DNA of 64,000 nt, taken from assembly GCA_018402015.1 (NCBI GenBank), contig JAGYJL010000005.1, forward strand, positions 7,499 through 71,498. The letters are read 5' to 3'. The notes beneath the pieces were generated by a model, which was not told where the DNA came from, searched no databases, and saw only the letters and a list, made by a program, of their open reading frames with translations. Source of the stretch: Flavobacteriales bacterium (GTDB taxonomy: Bacteria; Bacteroidota; Bacteroidia; UBA10329). Positions 61,601-64,000 of this stretch are shown piece after piece. The position numbers and the translations under genes are program-made. How positions within the stretch are numbered: position 1 is the stretch's first letter; each line of letters opens with the position of its first letter.

Positions 61601-62248
61601 ATGAAAGTTCTTGAACTTGACGAAGCCACCTCAAAGCTCTTAGAGCAGGGTAGGGTGCTGCCTGTAATGGAAGAGTTCTACACTGTTCAAGGAGAAGGAT
61701 TTCATACCGGAAAGGCAGCATACTTCATTCGAATCGGAGGTTGTGATGTGGGATGTCATTGGTGTGATGTGAAAGAAAGTTGGGATGCATCTGTTCACCC
61801 ACTGGTAGAGGTGGATTCTGTTGTGAAAAACGCTGCGGATCAACCTGCGAAAACGGTTGTAATAACAGGCGGAGAGCCAATGATCTTCAACTTGGATTAT
61901 CTGACGGAGAAACTTCGTGATGCTGGATTAAAGGTGCATATTGAAACATCTGGCGCACATCCTTTCTCTGGAGCGTTTGATTGGGTCTGCCTTTCACCCA
62001 AAAAGACAGCTCCCCCTAAAGAAGAATATTATAATCAGGCACATGAATTGAAGGTAATTGTTCATAATCGGCACGATTTTGACTGGGCAAATCAACACGC
62101 AGACAAAGTTTCGAGCAATTGCCAGCTCTATTTACAGCCCGAATGGAGTAAGCGCGAAGAAATGATGCCGGCCATTATCGACTACGTAATGAGCAATCCG
62201 AAGTGGAACATCTCGTTGCAGAGTCATAAATACATGAACATTCCTTAG
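61601..62248 (+). CDS. queE: 7-carboxy-7-deazaguanine synthase (radical SAM)
   Basis: EEFYTVQGEG, FIRIGGCDVGCHWCD, VITGGEP, IETSG, LSPKK, LQPEWS, SLQSHK. Confidence 0.95.
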   Translation: MKVLELDEATSKLLEQGRVLPVMEEFYTVQGEGFHTGKAAYFIRIGGCDVGCHWCDVKESWDASVHPLVEVDSVVKNAADQPAKTVVITGGEPMIFNLDYLTEKLRDAGLKVHIETSGAHPFSGAFDWVCLSPKKTAPPKEEYYNQAHELKVIVHNRHDFDWANQHADKVSSNCQLYLQPEWSKREEMMPAIIDYVMSNPKWNISLQSHKYMNIP

Positions 62249-64000
62249 TGAGAAGAATAGCAGTCATACTACTCGGTTCGTTACTCATGTTCGCCAGTCC
62301 AGCGCTGGCGCAGCGAGAGTACTCAACCAATTCGAAAAAGGCGATCAAACTCTTTGAAGAAGCCTTGAAGTATTACAGCGCCAAGCGCAATTCAGAAGCC
62401 TTGGATATTCTTCAGAAGGCTATTAAGGCCGATGATCAGTTTGTGGAGGCCTACGCAGTTTCTGGCGATTGTTACTCGGATATAGGCGATCTGAAAAATG
62501 CCATCGCATCCTACCAAAAGGTTGTGGATATAAGTCCTGATTTCATGGCAACTTCCTATAAGCAGTTGGCCGATGTGCAGTTCAGGACAGGCGACTATAA
62601 AGCTGCGCTGGGCAATTATCAGATCTTCATGACCAAAAAAAGGGTCAATCCGAAGATAAGAGAAGAGGCTGAGCGTTATTTGAAGAATGCCGAATTCGGT
62701 GCTGTAATGAAGGAAAGACCAGTGCCATTCGACCCTAAGAATCTAGGTCCATCTGTGAATACAGATCAGTACGAATATTTTCCTGTTTTAACTGCAGACG
62801 AGCAGACCCTGGTCTTTACCAGAAATCAGCGTCAAAGTGCTGGCATGGATTACCAAGAGGATTTCTACATCAGTTTCTCTGATGGTGGAGATTGGACACA
62901 GGCTGTAAACCTTGGTAAACCGATCAATACAGACGACAACGAAGGTGCGCAGACAATTACTGCCGATGGCAAACAGCTTTTTTTCATTGGTTGTAATCGG
63001 AAGACCGGTTTAGGCAGCTGCGATATCTATCGCTCCTTGCGCAATGGTAAAAATTGGGGAAATCCAGAGAACCTTGGAAGCCCAGTCAATTCATCCAAAT
63101 GGGAAAGCCAGCCAAGTATTTCTGCTGATGGCAAAACGCTTTACTTCGTGAGTAACAGATCAGGTGGTTTGGGCGGCATGGATATTTGGGTCACGCAGCT
63201 TGCTCCCAATGGAGAATGGACCATCCCACGAAATCTTGGCGAGCCGATCAACACACCATTTTCAGAGGAAACCCCATTCATCCATCCTGATGGAAAAACC
63301 TTGTATTTCACTTCCAATGGACACGTTGGAATGGGAGAAAAAGACATCTACGTTACTAGAATGGACTCGGTTGGGGTTTGGAGTACACCACAGAACTTGG
63401 GCTATCCGATCAATACTTGGAATGATGAGCAAGGTCTTTTTGTTGCGGCAAGTGGCGAGAATGCCTACTTCAGTTCAGATAGGGAAGGAGGCTTGGGAAA
63501 ACTCGATCTATATTCATTTAAACTTTACGATGAGGTTAGGCCGACCCGTGTTACGTATGTAAAAGGAAAGGTTGTAGATAAAGTGACAGGTAAACCGCTG
63601 GCAGCCAAATTCGAACTAATCGATATTGAAACTTCCGAAGTTGTGATCGAATCTGGTTCAGACCCGATCAACGGAAGTTTTCTGGTTACCCTGCCAGTAG
63701 ATCACTCATACGCTCTCAACGTTTCAAAAGACCAATATCTATTCTATTCCGAACATTTTTCGCTACCGAAGGAACACGATATCTCCAAGCCATACAGAAT
63801 GGATGTGCCACTACAACCGATCAAATACGGAGAAAAGGTTGTATTGAAGAACATTTTCTTCGAAACCGCTTCGTACGACTTGCTCCCAGAGTCTCAAGTA
63901 GAATTGAATAAACTGGTTGCTTTCATGGTCAACAATCCGACCATAAACATTGAGATCGGAGGGCATACCGATAATGTAGGAAAGCCAGAGGACAATCAAT
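62248..64000 (+). CDS. OmpA-family protein (TPR + PD40 propeller + carboxypeptidase-regulatory-like + OmpA C domain; PorE-like architecture), 3'-truncated
   Basis: Not in the ORF track because no stop occurs in the window. GTG overlaps the queE stop: MRRIAVILLGSLLMFASPALAQREY..., NLGSPVNSSKWESQPSISADGKTLYF, LKNIFFETAS, IEIGGHTDNVG. Confidence 0.92.
   Translation, partial: MRRIAVILLGSLLMFASPALAQREYSTNSKKAIKLFEEALKYYSAKRNSEALDILQKAIKADDQFVEAYAVSGDCYSDIGDLKNAIASYQKVVDISPDFMATSYKQLADVQFRTGDYKAALGNYQIFMTKKRVNPKIREEAERYLKNAEFGAVMKERPVPFDPKNLGPSVNTDQYEYFPVLTADEQTLVFTRNQRQSAGMDYQEDFYISFSDGGDWTQAVNLGKPINTDDNEGAQTITADGKQLFFIGCNRKTGLGSCDIYRSLRNGKNWGNPENLGSPVNSSKWESQPSISADGKTLYFVSNRSGGLGGMDIWVTQLAPNGEWTIPRNLGEPINTPFSEETPFIHPDGKTLYFTSNGHVGMGEKDIYVTRMDSVGVWSTPQNLGYPINTWNDEQGLFVAASGENAYFSSDREGGLGKLDLYSFKLYDEVRPTRVTYVKGKVVDKVTGKPLAAKFELIDIETSEVVIESGSDPINGSFLVTLPVDHSYALNVSKDQYLFYSEHFSLPKEHDISKPYRMDVPLQPIKYGEKVVLKNIFFETASYDLLPESQVELNKLVAFMVNNPTINIEIGGHTDNVGKPEDNQ

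Overview
Chromosomal window from a Bacteroidota bacterium, probably Flavobacteriales-like. Support: TAnnTTTG promoters, several T9SS cargo proteins, and the folP-DUF1599-DoxX-ABC permease-tpiA-prmA gene order. Most of it is housekeeping: amt, cdaA, folP, tpiA, prmA, guaA, hemF, lolA, ftsK, argS, ffh, folD, queE, an arginine catabolism operon and four very large T9SS type-B cargo proteins. From about 3.1 to 13.2 kb many genes are broken by indels, most likely sequencing or assembly error. The one clearly accessory element is a ~3.6-kb islet in tRNA-Arg(ACG), bounded by a 46-bp exact direct repeat (22064-22109 and 25648-25693) and lacking an integrase. The islet carries: (i) an unannotated C-terminal remnant of a REP-associated tyrosine transposase with adjacent palindromes; (ii) a T9SS type-A cargo gene followed by an orphan CTD-like tail; (iii) an uncharacterised 321-aa protein; (iv) directly upstream of that gene, a 7 x 42-bp tandem array whose variable positions recur about every 5 nt. 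The array plus the 321-aa gene is the best candidate for an undescribed system. All family assignments come from motif recognition by eye; no database search was run.
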